Shown: positions 1 to 9,442 of the stretch, piece by piece
How the letters are laid out: the number at the start of each line of letters is the position of its first letter
Numbering within the stretch: position 1 is the first letter of the stretch
Virus record (IMG/VR): IMGVR_UViG_3300027985_001318
Coordinates: 62,001-126,000 of that record
Length of the DNA: 64,000 nucleotides
Reading direction: 5' to 3' (one strand)
The notes under the pieces: generated by a model
Told to the model about the DNA's origin: nothing
The model's database searches: none
The model's input: the letters and a program-made list of their open reading frames with translations, nothing else
Program-made: the position numbers and the translations under genes

Positions 1-747
1 CGTTTCCGGTATAACAAAAATGACTGGGAAACTGAGACTAGTAAATTTGCCGATGGTCTCTGGGAGTGGTTTTCTGAGAAAGGGTGTTTCATAGAGGAGA
101 TCTCTTTGACGTTAGAGCACAAAGTGCTCGACCAACATGAGATCATGAATTCAACCATCGATTCTCTAACAAGAGATCAGCCGCTGCGCTGGGACGATTA
201 TCGATTAAACGTTTATTTCATCACCGGGTACGGAAAAGGGATTAAGAATTTCCGGTTTCAGCATTACGAACCTAAGAACTACTGGGAGTTAGACGAGTAC
301 TACAGTGAAATGTCCGCTACTGGACTTTACAATGGCATTTATGTTTCCATGAAGCAACCCGATGGGTTTTGGAAACACTATGTCTATGAATTTAACTGGC
401 TACTTACTTTCACGATCAGTAGCTTCAATAGAACCCAGGGGATTAATGGGGGAGTTACAGCTGACGGTAAAATGGTGAGAATGATTACCAAGAAAGGATC
501 TAACTGGACCCTTGATCTTTTTGGTAATTCGCCAAAGAAAGAAATAATCGGTAAAGAAATAACAATAGTTTATCAATCATCATCCGAACACCCGTTCTTT
601 AGTAACGGCGATGAATATACAATTTTGGTTTTATTGAACACAAGACAGGCTACTGAAGAAGAGATTGAACATACCCGCTTAAAACGCGCTATGAAGAATT
701 TCGACACAGAGCTTAGGAAAGGTCTTCTTATCTATCAAGGAAACTGA
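1..747 (+). CDS. hypothetical protein, 5'-truncated
   Basis: Frame of ORF 106..747 is open from base 1 (RFRYNKNDWE...); no recognisable motif. Confidence 0.6.
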   Translation, partial: RFRYNKNDWETETSKFADGLWEWFSEKGCFIEEISLTLEHKVLDQHEIMNSTIDSLTRDQPLRWDDYRLNVYFITGYGKGIKNFRFQHYEPKNYWELDEYYSEMSATGLYNGIYVSMKQPDGFWKHYVYEFNWLLTFTISSFNRTQGINGGVTADGKMVRMITKKGSNWTLDLFGNSPKKEIIGKEITIVYQSSSEHPFFSNGDEYTILVLLNTRQATEEEIEHTRLKRAMKNFDTELRKGLLIYQGN

Positions 748-748
748 T

Positions 749-1180
749 ATGCAAGCTTCTATGGACTTTAAAGAACGTACTGGCAATTACCGACCTGGCT
801 TCGGCGACGCCAAAATGGATGACTGGGATCGTCAGGATTCTCCAGTGATGATTTCAACCTCACGTGAAATGGATCGCGTCATCCAAAACAACGGCTTGGA
901 ACTTCCTGATCAATTACTAGTAGTGCGAGCTTTGGCTATGATCGAGGAAGATCCTTTGTTAGTCGCCCAGGACTTTTTCTTGCTGGCTAAGATCCACCAT
1001 TTGCCGATGCTGGAACGGATTGGTCGACATTTGCTACCCAATGGCGGCCGCTGCCTCAAACCGCGCTTCGATATCTTTGAACGCAACGGCTATATGGTTT
1101 TCAAGAACACAGTTACTGGAAACTGGCACATCCGAACCAAGAAAGGTGATCTGATCTTTTTCCCCTATTACGGAGAATAG
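749..1180 (+). CDS. hypothetical protein
   Basis: 143 aa, AAGGA RBS, tightly packed with neighbours. Confidence 0.7.
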   Translation: MQASMDFKERTGNYRPGFGDAKMDDWDRQDSPVMISTSREMDRVIQNNGLELPDQLLVVRALAMIEEDPLLVAQDFFLLAKIHHLPMLERIGRHLLPNGGRCLKPRFDIFERNGYMVFKNTVTGNWHIRTKKGDLIFFPYYGE

Positions 1181-1182
1181 TG

Positions 1183-1683
1183 ATGAGCAATGTACTTGAA
1201 CAAATTAAATTGATCGGGCTGCGCGATAAACTCTTTACCGGCAAGATATCTCTAGAAGAATTCATGGCCAGCGATCTCCGTATGGTCGAACTCGAAATCG
1301 ACAATAAGTTTTGGATGGAAGTCTGTATGATAAATACCTCTGGTTTTCACGCACTGGTTACTTGCTGGCGTGGTTGGTTAGGCCGTAAATTGCGTGAAAA
1401 GGTTTTGGGTAAATCTTTATCCATTAGCTGGGATATGAAATACCATATCTCCACCGATGAATTCCTGATCATTTTCCTGGTCTCTGGTTTGGATGGTCAT
1501 TACGACCACCAGCTTGAGTTTTTACTGGATGGTACTCCGGTCACCAATGAAGCTTTTGTAATAGACGCCAAAGAACGCGAGATCCTCATTCGTGAGCTCG
1601 CTGATTACAACGCTCTGCACAGATTATGCAGAGCTAATTTTACCTGGCCAGAGCCAACTGTGAAATTAACCGACTTTTCATAA
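1183..1683 (+). CDS. hypothetical protein
   Basis: GGAG RBS, coupled to upstream stop. Confidence 0.65.
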   Translation: MSNVLEQIKLIGLRDKLFTGKISLEEFMASDLRMVELEIDNKFWMEVCMINTSGFHALVTCWRGWLGRKLREKVLGKSLSISWDMKYHISTDEFLIIFLVSGLDGHYDHQLEFLLDGTPVTNEAFVIDAKEREILIRELADYNALHRLCRANFTWPEPTVKLTDFS

Positions 1684-1694
1684 TCGAGCCTATC

Positions 1695-2102
1695 ATGAAC
1701 GACATCAACGTAATGCCGCTTTTGCAATGCTTACATTTAGGTACTCCGGTATTTGCTGCTCACGATATTTCTGAGCGGCACCTCGGACTAAATCGGTTTG
1801 AACCGCCAATGACGGCTTTGGTAACTGACACCTTTCTGTTCACGCAAGTTCTTCCGCAGGATCTTTTCAACGAAATGATCCATTACGGTTTCTACCTGAT
1901 TAACCGCTTAGATATCCCAGGAGAAGGTCAGGTAATTACCGCATGTAGTCTGTTGAACAACACTCTGCATTTTTTGATAGAGCTTCCTAAGGGAACTCCT
2001 GAGCTTTATGCTGGTAGTTATTTTGTGGTCAACCCTAGGACTTGGGAGATCCAGGTTTATCAAAGTATGCGAAGCTTTTGCCGTAGCTGGATCGCGCAAT
2101 AA
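1695..2102 (+). CDS. hypothetical protein
   Basis: 135 aa ORF in the same operon. Confidence 0.6.
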   Translation: MNDINVMPLLQCLHLGTPVFAAHDISERHLGLNRFEPPMTALVTDTFLFTQVLPQDLFNEMIHYGFYLINRLDIPGEGQVITACSLLNNTLHFLIELPKGTPELYAGSYFVVNPRTWEIQVYQSMRSFCRSWIAQ

Positions 2103-2219
2103 TTCTCGGTTAGATTTTTATTAATATAGTCTATGGTATTCCGTAGGCTTTCTTAGGTAAGCTATAACGGAGATCCGATCGATGGCAGCCTTACCATTCA
2201 ACCATTTGGAGTATTTATC

Positions 2220-2570
2220 ATGCAACGTCTACAATCCGCGTTTGCAGCATGCTGCAACGATCCGACCGTCCGGGTAGTACTGGATGTTAACCCCAACTGC
2301 TGGGAGAACTTGGCTTTTGTCAACGAAGTTCTTCCTGGTGTAGGTAGTTATCATGATCGGATCAAAGAACTGTTTCGTCAACGTAACATTCGTTACTTCT
2401 CTGTTGATGGTGTCAATGAGCCCAGTGAACTGTCTGCTGCGGTGGAAGACTACGTAGCTAACAACACCTCGCTCAACGACCGCTTCATTCTGATGCTCGA
2501 CCGGACCCCGACCAACCTGGTCGAGATCCTCGGCCGCGCCGCTCCTGCGTTGGCTGGCTGTTACGTTTAG
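2220..2570 (+). CDS. hypothetical protein
   Basis: GGAG RBS, followed by terminator hairpin. Confidence 0.75.
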   Translation: MQRLQSAFAACCNDPTVRVVLDVNPNCWENLAFVNEVLPGVGSYHDRIKELFRQRNIRYFSVDGVNEPSELSAAVEDYVANNTSLNDRFILMLDRTPTNLVEILGRAAPALAGCYV

Positions 2571-2574
2571 CGAC

Positions 2575-2599
2575 AGGGGAGGGGCAACCCTCCCCTTTT
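2575..2599 (+). terminator. intrinsic terminator
   Basis: AGGGGAGGG-GCAA-CCCTCCCCT followed by TTT. Confidence 0.7.
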
Positions 2600-2639
2600 G
2601 CCGCGCCGTCCCGGCGACCCGTAAAACGGTGGGAAACAA

Positions 2640-3000
2640 ATTTCTTTTTTATTTTTTGATTTTATCCTTTCTTCGAAAAGTACGTAGTAAACTTACTCTA
2701 AGTTTTGATTAAAAATAGCTAGTTTTCTTCTTGAAAAACTAGCTTACGTAAAAAAATACGTAGGGGTTAATAATATGCACTATAAAAGCGGAACGAGCGA
2801 AGCGAGAGACATCTAAACCGAAGCTGAGGTGGAGGAGGATGGTCGTTGCGGAGCACGACCAGACGGGGGAAAACGAAGTAAATAGATGGGGGAAAGGGGG
2901 CAGGAGAGGATTAGATAGAATAGATTAGGAGAGGGGGTACGGGGGAGAACCTAAAGAAAAGAAAGAAAAGGAGAGGATGGGGGAAAACCCCTTTTTTTTA
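2640..3000. other. non-coding AT-rich/palindromic then purine- and G-tract-rich region (origin-like?)
   Basis: IR AGCTAGTTTT/AAAACTAGCT, 3x TACGTA, GCGAAGC at 2797, six G5 tracts 2865-2983. Confidence 0.45.
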
Positions 3001-3033
3001 TTTTTGCCTTCAGCAAAAAAAGGAAAATATCCA

Positions 3034-3519
3034 ATGGAACCGAACATCGATGGATTGGGCGAGTTCGTCCAACCTGAACAATACGATTTTAAAGATCTGT
3101 GGGATTTCAGTAATTACGACGGTCATTCCGGAATGGTGTTGGGTTCCGACGGATATTGTCTTTACTTGCTCGATTGTAACGAGCAAGATGGCTCTATCCC
3201 TAAAGAGATTTACAAACAGTTGGTGGGAAGGACTGTGGAGGGTTCTCTGCAAGTCAGACGCTACCATGAGGTAGAGATATTCGAGTTAGTAGGGAAAAGC
3301 TCTGGTAAAGCGTATCCTTTGCTAGAGATCTGGTATGTCCCCACACCCGGTACCCTGGGAGTAGAGTATCCTGGAAAGGGTAAGTACTGGATCGGAACCG
3401 AAGGCGTCAATACGCTGATCCTTACTTGTATCGGCGGATCCAATATCGGCGTTGATGTAGTCCTTTCCCAGCTGATTGGCTGGATAGAATCCATGGACTC
3501 AGAAAAAACTTTGGGTTGA
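3034..3519 (+). CDS. hypothetical protein
   Basis: ATG 3034 after AAGGA RBS (track start 2977 lies in a terminator-like hairpin). Confidence 0.65.
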   Translation: MEPNIDGLGEFVQPEQYDFKDLWDFSNYDGHSGMVLGSDGYCLYLLDCNEQDGSIPKEIYKQLVGRTVEGSLQVRRYHEVEIFELVGKSSGKAYPLLEIWYVPTPGTLGVEYPGKGKYWIGTEGVNTLILTCIGGSNIGVDVVLSQLIGWIESMDSEKTLG

Positions 3520-3608
3520 GTTGTAGATATTATGTAAAAGTTGGTTTTGTTTGGTCGTTTCCGTTGTCACACTGTCTAGCTGTTCTTACTTCTGCCATTT
3601 CCATTTTA

Positions 3609-3636
3609 GAGGAGGGCTTTCGCCCTCCTCATTTTT
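3609..3636. terminator. terminator between convergent genes
   Basis: GAGGAGGGC-TTTC-GCCCTCCTC with T tract. Confidence 0.7.
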
Positions 3637-3734
3637 GCCTCGAGCCGGTTATCGTAAAGAGAGCCGATAGAAAAGACCTTCTCGTGCTGGGTATAGCAAT
3701 TGTTTAATGAACACGGCAAGAAGTTTCTTTTTCA

Positions 3735-4565
3735 TTAGTTGCAACCACCCACCATATACTGAGTATTGCGCTTCATGCGCTCAGGATCGTTCAGGAACAG
3801 CATCTTACCCATCTTCTCATTACGGAAGTCCTTATAGGACTGCTCTGCGTCAGAATAAGAATCAACCACTTCACGAATCCGGCCCAAAGCTTGACCGCCG
3901 ATCAACTGGCCCATGTCGAGAGAGATGTTCAGTTTACGATAGATATAAGCTTTAGTAGCCAGTACTACGAATTCAGCAAACATATCGTAGTAGGGTGGCG
4001 TAATAAAACTGAGTTCATTATCTCCGGAGAGCATGCAGCGTAGGAACAGGTCGCCGGACATCGGGATAATATCCGAGATCAGTATCGTATTGGTAGCTAT
4101 CAGCCTCACGTTAGAAGTAGAAACCTTCGGGATGGGACTAAAAGCTGACTGCATGTTAGAGATCGCGTCAGTTACGACAGAACGCCCTACGTCACCGTTC
4201 TGTAAAAAGTTCATGGTAGAGTTACCATAACCACCTCCCCAGTTACCGAGACGTCCATAGGAGACGTACATGCAGCTAGAGATTTCCCGCCCTTGAGTAA
4301 GCGCTAGTGGAATTCGGTAGATATGGCTAAACTGATCGGTAAACTCTGGAACAATACCAACCAGCGGTACAGTGAATTCACCAGCGCCACGGTTATTGAT
4401 ATCTTGCCGAACACGTTTATCGATTACCATTTCTCTGATCATGGCTGGGATATTAACTTGACCGTGCCAGGCGAAATCGTATTTGGGCTTAAAAGCTAAT
4501 TCGAGGATCTCCTCGGGAATTTCCTGGAATACTTCATCCAGAGCTTTTTCTATAGGGCCGTACAT
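3735..4565 (-). CDS. conserved virion-associated protein (phiKZ gp32-like)
   Basis: AGGAGG RBS; recalled N-terminal pattern PIxKALDEV..EIPxEIL; position upstream of phuZ. Confidence 0.6.
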   Translation of the reverse strand: MYGPIEKALDEVFQEIPEEILELAFKPKYDFAWHGQVNIPAMIREMVIDKRVRQDINNRGAGEFTVPLVGIVPEFTDQFSHIYRIPLALTQGREISSCMYVSYGRLGNWGGGYGNSTMNFLQNGDVGRSVVTDAISNMQSAFSPIPKVSTSNVRLIATNTILISDIIPMSGDLFLRCMLSGDNELSFITPPYYDMFAEFVVLATKAYIYRKLNISLDMGQLIGGQALGRIREVVDSYSDAEQSYKDFRNEKMGKMLFLNDPERMKRNTQYMVGGCN

Positions 4566-4654
4566 AACTGCCTCCTAGGTAAAAAAATACTTTGCTTACT
4601 AACATGTGAGCGTCATAGCATTTCTCTTCTAAAAACCAAAAAAAGGAAAGTACC

Positions 4655-4942
4655 ATGGAAAAAACCAAGGTGCTGATGTCCAGAGACAATCCTGAAGGTT
4701 ATAAACTCGAGGAGCTGCTGCAGTACATAGCGGCCGATATCGAGATCAAATCCAAGGATCTCTCCGACAAAATCGCCACAGCAGATCAGACCAGTGCACA
4801 GACCAAGGTAATGTCCAAGGTACTGGAGAACAACAATGCGATCGTAATGTTGCTCCAGAGCGCACTGAAAGCTCAAAACGATTCGTTGCGTGCCCTGGAT
4901 ACTTTGGGTCCTAACAAAGGCCCTGCTGCTCCCAGAGTCTAA
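4655..4942 (+). CDS. small helical/coiled-coil hypothetical protein
   Basis: AAGGA RBS, first gene of phuZ operon. Confidence 0.7.
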   Translation: MEKTKVLMSRDNPEGYKLEELLQYIAADIEIKSKDLSDKIATADQTSAQTKVMSKVLENNNAIVMLLQSALKAQNDSLRALDTLGPNKGPAAPRV

Positions 4943-4951
4943 GGAACCAAA

Positions 4952-6001
4952 ATGACTGCAAAGAAACCAACTATCGGCGCCGCTGGCGAGCTGCAACCGC
5001 CGACCGGCGATAACGCCGAAAAGAAAGTTCGGATTTATGCTTGTGGTGGCTGTGGTATTAATATAGCCAATAAGCTGGAATTCGAAACCGAACAATTCTC
5101 CGGTCGTGGTTTGCCGGATATCGTTCGGCTGGATACCAGCCGCAGTAATCTGCGCACTGGCGTTGAATACAAAAACCTTTTCCTGATCGATGGTAAGGAC
5201 GGTGCCGGGAAGATTCGTCGTGAAAACTACCCGGAAATCGCCGCAGCCATGGGTCAGATCGTCTTGGAACACGGGCCTCTTGATCTGAGCATCGTACTCT
5301 TCTCCGCCTCTGGTGGTACCGGGTCCGTGTTTGGACCGCTGCTCATAGGTGAGCTGCTCAAGAAGTCCGCAAGTGTGGTTGGCGTGATGATCGGTAGTAC
5401 CGAGTCTGCCATTACGGCCGAGAACACTCTCAACACCTTCAAATCGCTGGACGGGATCGTAAAGACCAGTCAATGCGGCGCCGCGTTGTTCTACGAGGAG
5501 AATCCTCGTGACAGCGGCCGTGGAAGCGTGGATGCGACTGTTCTATCGGTACTCAACGCCCTACTGGTAATGGGCTCCGGCAACCACTTTGGCCTGGACA
5601 CCAAAGATGTGGGGAATTTCCTCCGCTTTGATCTCGGGGCCCGTGTTCCACCCCAACTTGCGCTGCTGGATATTATCTCCTCGGAAGAGCAGATTGCCGG
5701 CCTGCGTGAGCGGAAGCTCGATCGCCCTCTGTCGGTATTGAGCATCCATGCGTCTGATGACTTCGTTCCGCTGCCGGTATCTTATTCTTACCTGGCCGAG
5801 GGCTGTTTCCTTGATGGTAAACAGAACAACGCAGCTTCAGTGCATTTCCTGATCGACAATGCCGAACTTCCGGCATTGGTTAAACGTCTGGATGGTATCG
5901 TTGGCGAGTATGCTGCCGTTGCTAATTCCAGGCAACAGCCCACCGCGCTTTTCGGTAGCGGTGGCGCAAGTAAGGCCGATGACCTAGGGATGGTGTTGTG
6001 A
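4952..6001 (+). CDS. phuZ: phage tubulin PhuZ (spindle)
   Basis: ACGGCGINI, DTSRSN, DGAGK, SASGGTGS tubulin/FtsZ motifs; acidic C-tail DDLGMVL. Confidence 0.95.
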   Translation: MTAKKPTIGAAGELQPPTGDNAEKKVRIYACGGCGINIANKLEFETEQFSGRGLPDIVRLDTSRSNLRTGVEYKNLFLIDGKDGAGKIRRENYPEIAAAMGQIVLEHGPLDLSIVLFSASGGTGSVFGPLLIGELLKKSASVVGVMIGSTESAITAENTLNTFKSLDGIVKTSQCGAALFYEENPRDSGRGSVDATVLSVLNALLVMGSGNHFGLDTKDVGNFLRFDLGARVPPQLALLDIISSEEQIAGLRERKLDRPLSVLSIHASDDFVPLPVSYSYLAEGCFLDGKQNNAASVHFLIDNAELPALVKRLDGIVGEYAAVANSRQQPTALFGSGGASKADDLGMVL

Positions 6002-6189
6002 TGGGTGGGGAATTCGTGTGCGATAAATGCGGGTGCGTGGATCTGGTCGGGTTAATGACGAACCCATCGGTCTTCCAATGCAGTGAATGCAGTACCGGCA
6101 AATGGCATGGTCAGTTCCCCAAACGTCAGTACAATCCTGAAGTCGACATTGTCGTGAACCGCCCTAATGGGCTAGGAATGGAGGGTTGA
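6001..6189 (+). CDS. small Zn-ribbon protein
   Basis: CDKC...CSEC pairs; TGATG overlap with phuZ stop. Confidence 0.7.
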   Translation: MGGEFVCDKCGCVDLVGLMTNPSVFQCSECSTGKWHGQFPKRQYNPEVDIVVNRPNGLGMEG

Positions 6190-6191
6190 TC

Positions 6192-6702
6192 TGAGCACTA
6201 GCTCTGCGTCAAAGAGCCAGTTCTACGGATTCCTCACAGTAAGCGCTTTGTTGTTGGCATGGCACCTGTTGACACACTCGGCTACATCCGAGTTCCTTCA
6301 GCTGCCCCTCGCGTATGGTGTACTGATCAGCACCAGCCAGGACTATCTGTCAATAACTAAGTCTAGGACCCTCATTGAGTACCAACACCCAACAGGTATC
6401 TTTGAGGGAAGTCGCGCCGCACTATCACCTGGCCACACCGCCGGACGTCGCGTCTGCCTTAGCGTAGGGTTCTGGATCCTAAGAGCTAAGTCCTAGATAT
6501 TGAATAAAGTCGGCGCTTATTGTATGGGTTCTAGGACCGCTCTAAAAACAATCTGGGCTTAGTTAATCGCAAGGTTAATGAAAGCAAAAAAATCAGTCGC
6601 TTAATTGCGACCTAAAGGAATAGCGATCAAAAGTTTAGTACACCGAGCACCTCACTGAGCGTGACGCTGAGACTTTTCACCGATCGAGTAAATGAGCAAC
6701 CC
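6192..6702 (+). ncRNA. candidate large structured non-coding RNA
   Basis: No credible ORF; more than 10 helices including long-range and crossing ones; G-U pairs fix the + strand; ends at a strong terminator. Confidence 0.55.
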
Positions 6703-6734
6703 AAAAAGTCCAGGGCAGTGCCCTGGACTTTTTT
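6703..6734 (+). terminator. intrinsic terminator
   Basis: AAAAAGTCCAGGGC-AGT-GCCCTGGACTTTTTT. Confidence 0.85.
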
Positions 6735-6795
6735 CAGCTTATTCTTTTAATGAGCTTCCTGAGTCTCTCAAACGCTCTCTATTAAAATGAAATAG

Positions 6796-6822
6796 AAAGG
6801 TAGGGGTTACCCCTACCTTTTT
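6796..6822 (+). terminator. intrinsic terminator
   Basis: AAAGGTAGGGG-TTA-CCCCTACCTTTTT. Confidence 0.7.
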
Positions 6823-6888
6823 AACGCAATGGCTTAGAAACGTTTTTAAGTACGCATTTAACCAATGTATGGAAGCAAGCACGTTTTG

Positions 6889-6908
6889 GACCTATATTAC
6901 CTTAATGA
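6889..6908 (+). promoter_or_regulatory. early (virion RNAP) promoter
   Basis: gaccTATATTACcttaatga; exact phiKZ early motif TATATTAC. Confidence 0.75.
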
Positions 6909-6930
6909 TAGGTAACGATAGGATATCTTC

Positions 6931-7275
6931 ATGAATCAATTCATAGTGGTTATAACTCTAGCCGAAGAGTTGGCTGAAATAATCGAACAGTTACCGTTCC
7001 AAATTAACGGGATTGAAAGCAGAAAGCTTAAAAGATTACTGGAGGATGTAATAGTAGGTTCGTTGAGGGTTCGTGGATTGCTTGAGGCAAGCCCAACGGA
7101 AACGGACTGTTTCAATACACCAGATTATTACCTTCTAGTAAACGCTTTGTCTCTTAATGAAAGACTAGGTAGATCGCTGTATCGACAAACTGCCCAGATT
7201 GCAACCAGATTTGGTTACGATGGCTGGAAAGTAAGACTGGAATTTTTCGATAAACTTTACATCCAGAAGGAATAA
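6931..7275 (+). CDS. small protein, array member 1
   Basis: AGGA RBS; N-terminal strand, helices, C-terminal beta hairpin. Confidence 0.75.
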   Translation: MNQFIVVITLAEELAEIIEQLPFQINGIESRKLKRLLEDVIVGSLRVRGLLEASPTETDCFNTPDYYLLVNALSLNERLGRSLYRQTAQIATRFGYDGWKVRLEFFDKLYIQKE

Positions 7276-7280
7276 GGATA

Positions 7281-7799
7281 ATGATTAACTTTGGCTATCT
7301 ACCTAATGCCCAATGTTTTGCTCTTAATCGCCTAATCTCCGAAACCACAGCCGGTCTTATTAACATGGCTACAGCTCTGGAGTTCAATCCTGGGCAACCT
7401 CTGGCTATTTGGTTTAATCGTCAGATCGTAACCGAAGTACTCAAGTCGCTAGCCGACGACTACGTCGATAACTTCAGCGTTTACGCTGCTGATTATTTCC
7501 AAGGTAAAGAAAAAGTCATTTCGGCACATCAGAAGCTAGATGAAAAGATTAGCGTGTTGTTTCCTGAAACAGCCCTTGTTTCCGAAACACAGAAAAATCT
7601 GATACGAGATCAACTTAGCTACGTTTTATCTGACGCCATCGATCAGATTTATGGTTTCGTATTATCTACTCTACTGGTACCTACTTGGCATGTCTGGGAA
7701 GTGCGTTTGATTGGCACTACGTTGATCCTGTCTTGCGGCATGGATTATCGGGTTTTGGAATATTATCGACTAACTGGACAGCCTGTGCCGCTCGAATAG
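7281..7799 (+). CDS. small protein, array member 2 (phiKZ gp42-like)
   Basis: TAAGGA RBS; recalled C-terminal motif W.VW.V..IG..LIL..G.DYR..EY. Confidence 0.7.
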   Translation: MINFGYLPNAQCFALNRLISETTAGLINMATALEFNPGQPLAIWFNRQIVTEVLKSLADDYVDNFSVYAADYFQGKEKVISAHQKLDEKISVLFPETALVSETQKNLIRDQLSYVLSDAIDQIYGFVLSTLLVPTWHVWEVRLIGTTLILSCGMDYRVLEYYRLTGQPVPLE

Positions 7800-7807
7800 A
7801 GGCAGCC

Positions 7808-8173
7808 ATGACCTATTTTGTTAGAAGCATTTTTGATCAAGAAATAGACGACATCAGATATTTCTTGGTAAAGAAAAACAACCAAAGCTTCGAGTTAGAA
7901 AACACCAACTTATTTGCTGGTTCTTTGATTGAATACAGACTAGAGATCCGAATCAATGGCTCTTCGATAAGAGACTATTGGGAATCGGAGACACCACAAG
8001 AGTCTCTAGAAAGATTTGGTTTCTCTAGTTTGGAGATCGAAGAAATCTTCTCTTTTATTGACAGTCGGCTCGACCTGTTCTTTAAACGGATAGGACTAGA
8101 TCCAAAGAGAATGGAGATCGTCAATTTCAAAACAGAAGCCGGTAAGTTCTCAGTTATGTTTAAATCCCAATAA
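7808..8173 (+). CDS. small protein, array member 3
   Basis: ATG 7808 after GAGG RBS (track start 7685 overlaps the previous gene). Confidence 0.7.
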   Translation: MTYFVRSIFDQEIDDIRYFLVKKNNQSFELENTNLFAGSLIEYRLEIRINGSSIRDYWESETPQESLERFGFSSLEIEEIFSFIDSRLDLFFKRIGLDPKRMEIVNFKTEAGKFSVMFKSQ

Positions 8174-8188
8174 GCCGGGAGGTGAGCT

Positions 8189-8674
8189 ATGAATAAAACA
8201 AATGGTCAGCTCACTATCCTTCGATATAACTTGGAAGAAGAATACCGGGCAGTCGAAGACATTATACGGAAAAACGGCTTCGATGGGATTTATCCGCCAG
8301 GATTCCTATTGGAGCTAGTTGTTTCCTGTTACGGTGGTGAGCAAGTACCGTTCTTTAAGGAATTCGAGGAAATCTTCGGTGAGAAATTTATCTCGGTGGT
8401 CGATAGCTTTAAAGTCGAACTTGGACCAAGTATTTGGGAGACGGCCGATCTACCTGGGCTTTATCAAGACCTAGTGATGGACCTATATCCAAGAATTGTC
8501 GAAAAATTGAGACCTTTTTCAAATGGCTTTTATGACGATCAACATGTTGAGGTCGATTCTTCAACACCACGGTATACACTGATCTACTTGGAGTTGAAAG
8601 ATGAAGAAATCAAACTCGATCATAGTAGCCTTGAAGCTATCTGGAGTAGTGAGAGATATCAATCTTCAATATAG
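8189..8674 (+). CDS. small acidic protein, array member 4
   Basis: GGAGGT RBS. Confidence 0.75.
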   Translation: MNKTNGQLTILRYNLEEEYRAVEDIIRKNGFDGIYPPGFLLELVVSCYGGEQVPFFKEFEEIFGEKFISVVDSFKVELGPSIWETADLPGLYQDLVMDLYPRIVEKLRPFSNGFYDDQHVEVDSSTPRYTLIYLELKDEEIKLDHSSLEAIWSSERYQSSI

Positions 8675-9020
8675 GGAATCTAGTTTTATAGGTCTGAATA
8701 TAAACAAACTGATCGAAACTTTTTTAAGCGGAGTAGAGTTCCTAGAGAGACGAAACGGAACGATCATTAGTTGTCGAAACAGAAACGAGCTAGAAAACCT
8801 AATCGAATATCATTTTGGCAAAATAGACCTACAGAATATCATTGAGGATATAGTCAATTATTTATCTGAAGATATCTACGACTACCTGAATAGATTCTTG
8901 GGTGAAAACTTCCATACGCGTTACGATATCTCAGCAATACGGTATTCGACAGACGGAGAAATCCTTTTTCTAATGGTTACCATCAAACCCTTAAAGTTTA
9001 CGTTAGGAACGATAATGTAA
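8601..9020 (+). CDS. small protein, array member 5
   Basis: GGAG RBS inside the previous gene; 74-nt overlap. Confidence 0.7.
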   Translation: MKKSNSIIVALKLSGVVRDINLQYRESSFIGLNINKLIETFLSGVEFLERRNGTIISCRNRNELENLIEYHFGKIDLQNIIEDIVNYLSEDIYDYLNRFLGENFHTRYDISAIRYSTDGEILFLMVTIKPLKFTLGTIM

Positions 9021-9047
9021 ACAGAGAACAGATCCCAGGAGCTCAGA

Positions 9048-9434
9048 ATGAAACAACAAAACTTTGGAATTGATCTTACCGATTGGATCAACAGCGTCAA
9101 TACGATGCTGATCAATGATCAGCAGCTCGCCAAAAAGATTATTGAAATAATCCCCATGGCGGTTATTGACGGGCTGTTCAACGTACCGGAGGAAACAGTG
9201 CTTCAATTTATCGCTATGCGATTCCCTGAAGCGATGCCGGATAGTTATCAGTCCGTTGCAATTATTGCACTAAAGGCACTGTTGAACAACAAACTCTACA
9301 TCGAGTTTTCCACTATCGACAAAATGGAAAACGCTCTGCATCCGATCGGTTATAAAGGCAATGTTTTGATGTTTATTTGCCAACCGGCCTCCTGGGCTTT
9401 CATTCGACCCGCCGAGCTCAAACAACTCGGCTAA
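9048..9434 (+). CDS. small protein, array member 6
   Basis: AGGAG RBS. Confidence 0.75.
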   Translation: MKQQNFGIDLTDWINSVNTMLINDQQLAKKIIEIIPMAVIDGLFNVPEETVLQFIAMRFPEAMPDSYQSVAIIALKALLNNKLYIEFSTIDKMENALHPIGYKGNVLMFICQPASWAFIRPAELKQLG

Positions 9435-9442
9435 GGAAAATT

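Noticed and set aside
6248-6496. 82-aa ORF inside the structured region
   Set aside because: TTG start, no RBS, atypical composition
6404-6562. RNase P-like GAGGGAAGTC and ...GGCTTA
   Set aside because: P4 pairing does not close properly and the spacing is too short; kept only as an unclassified RNA
6578-6604. Resemblance to the tmRNA resume region (GCAAAAAAATCAGTCGC; MKAKKSVA*)
   Set aside because: No tRNA-like acceptor or T-arm ends and no ANDxNYALAA-type tag
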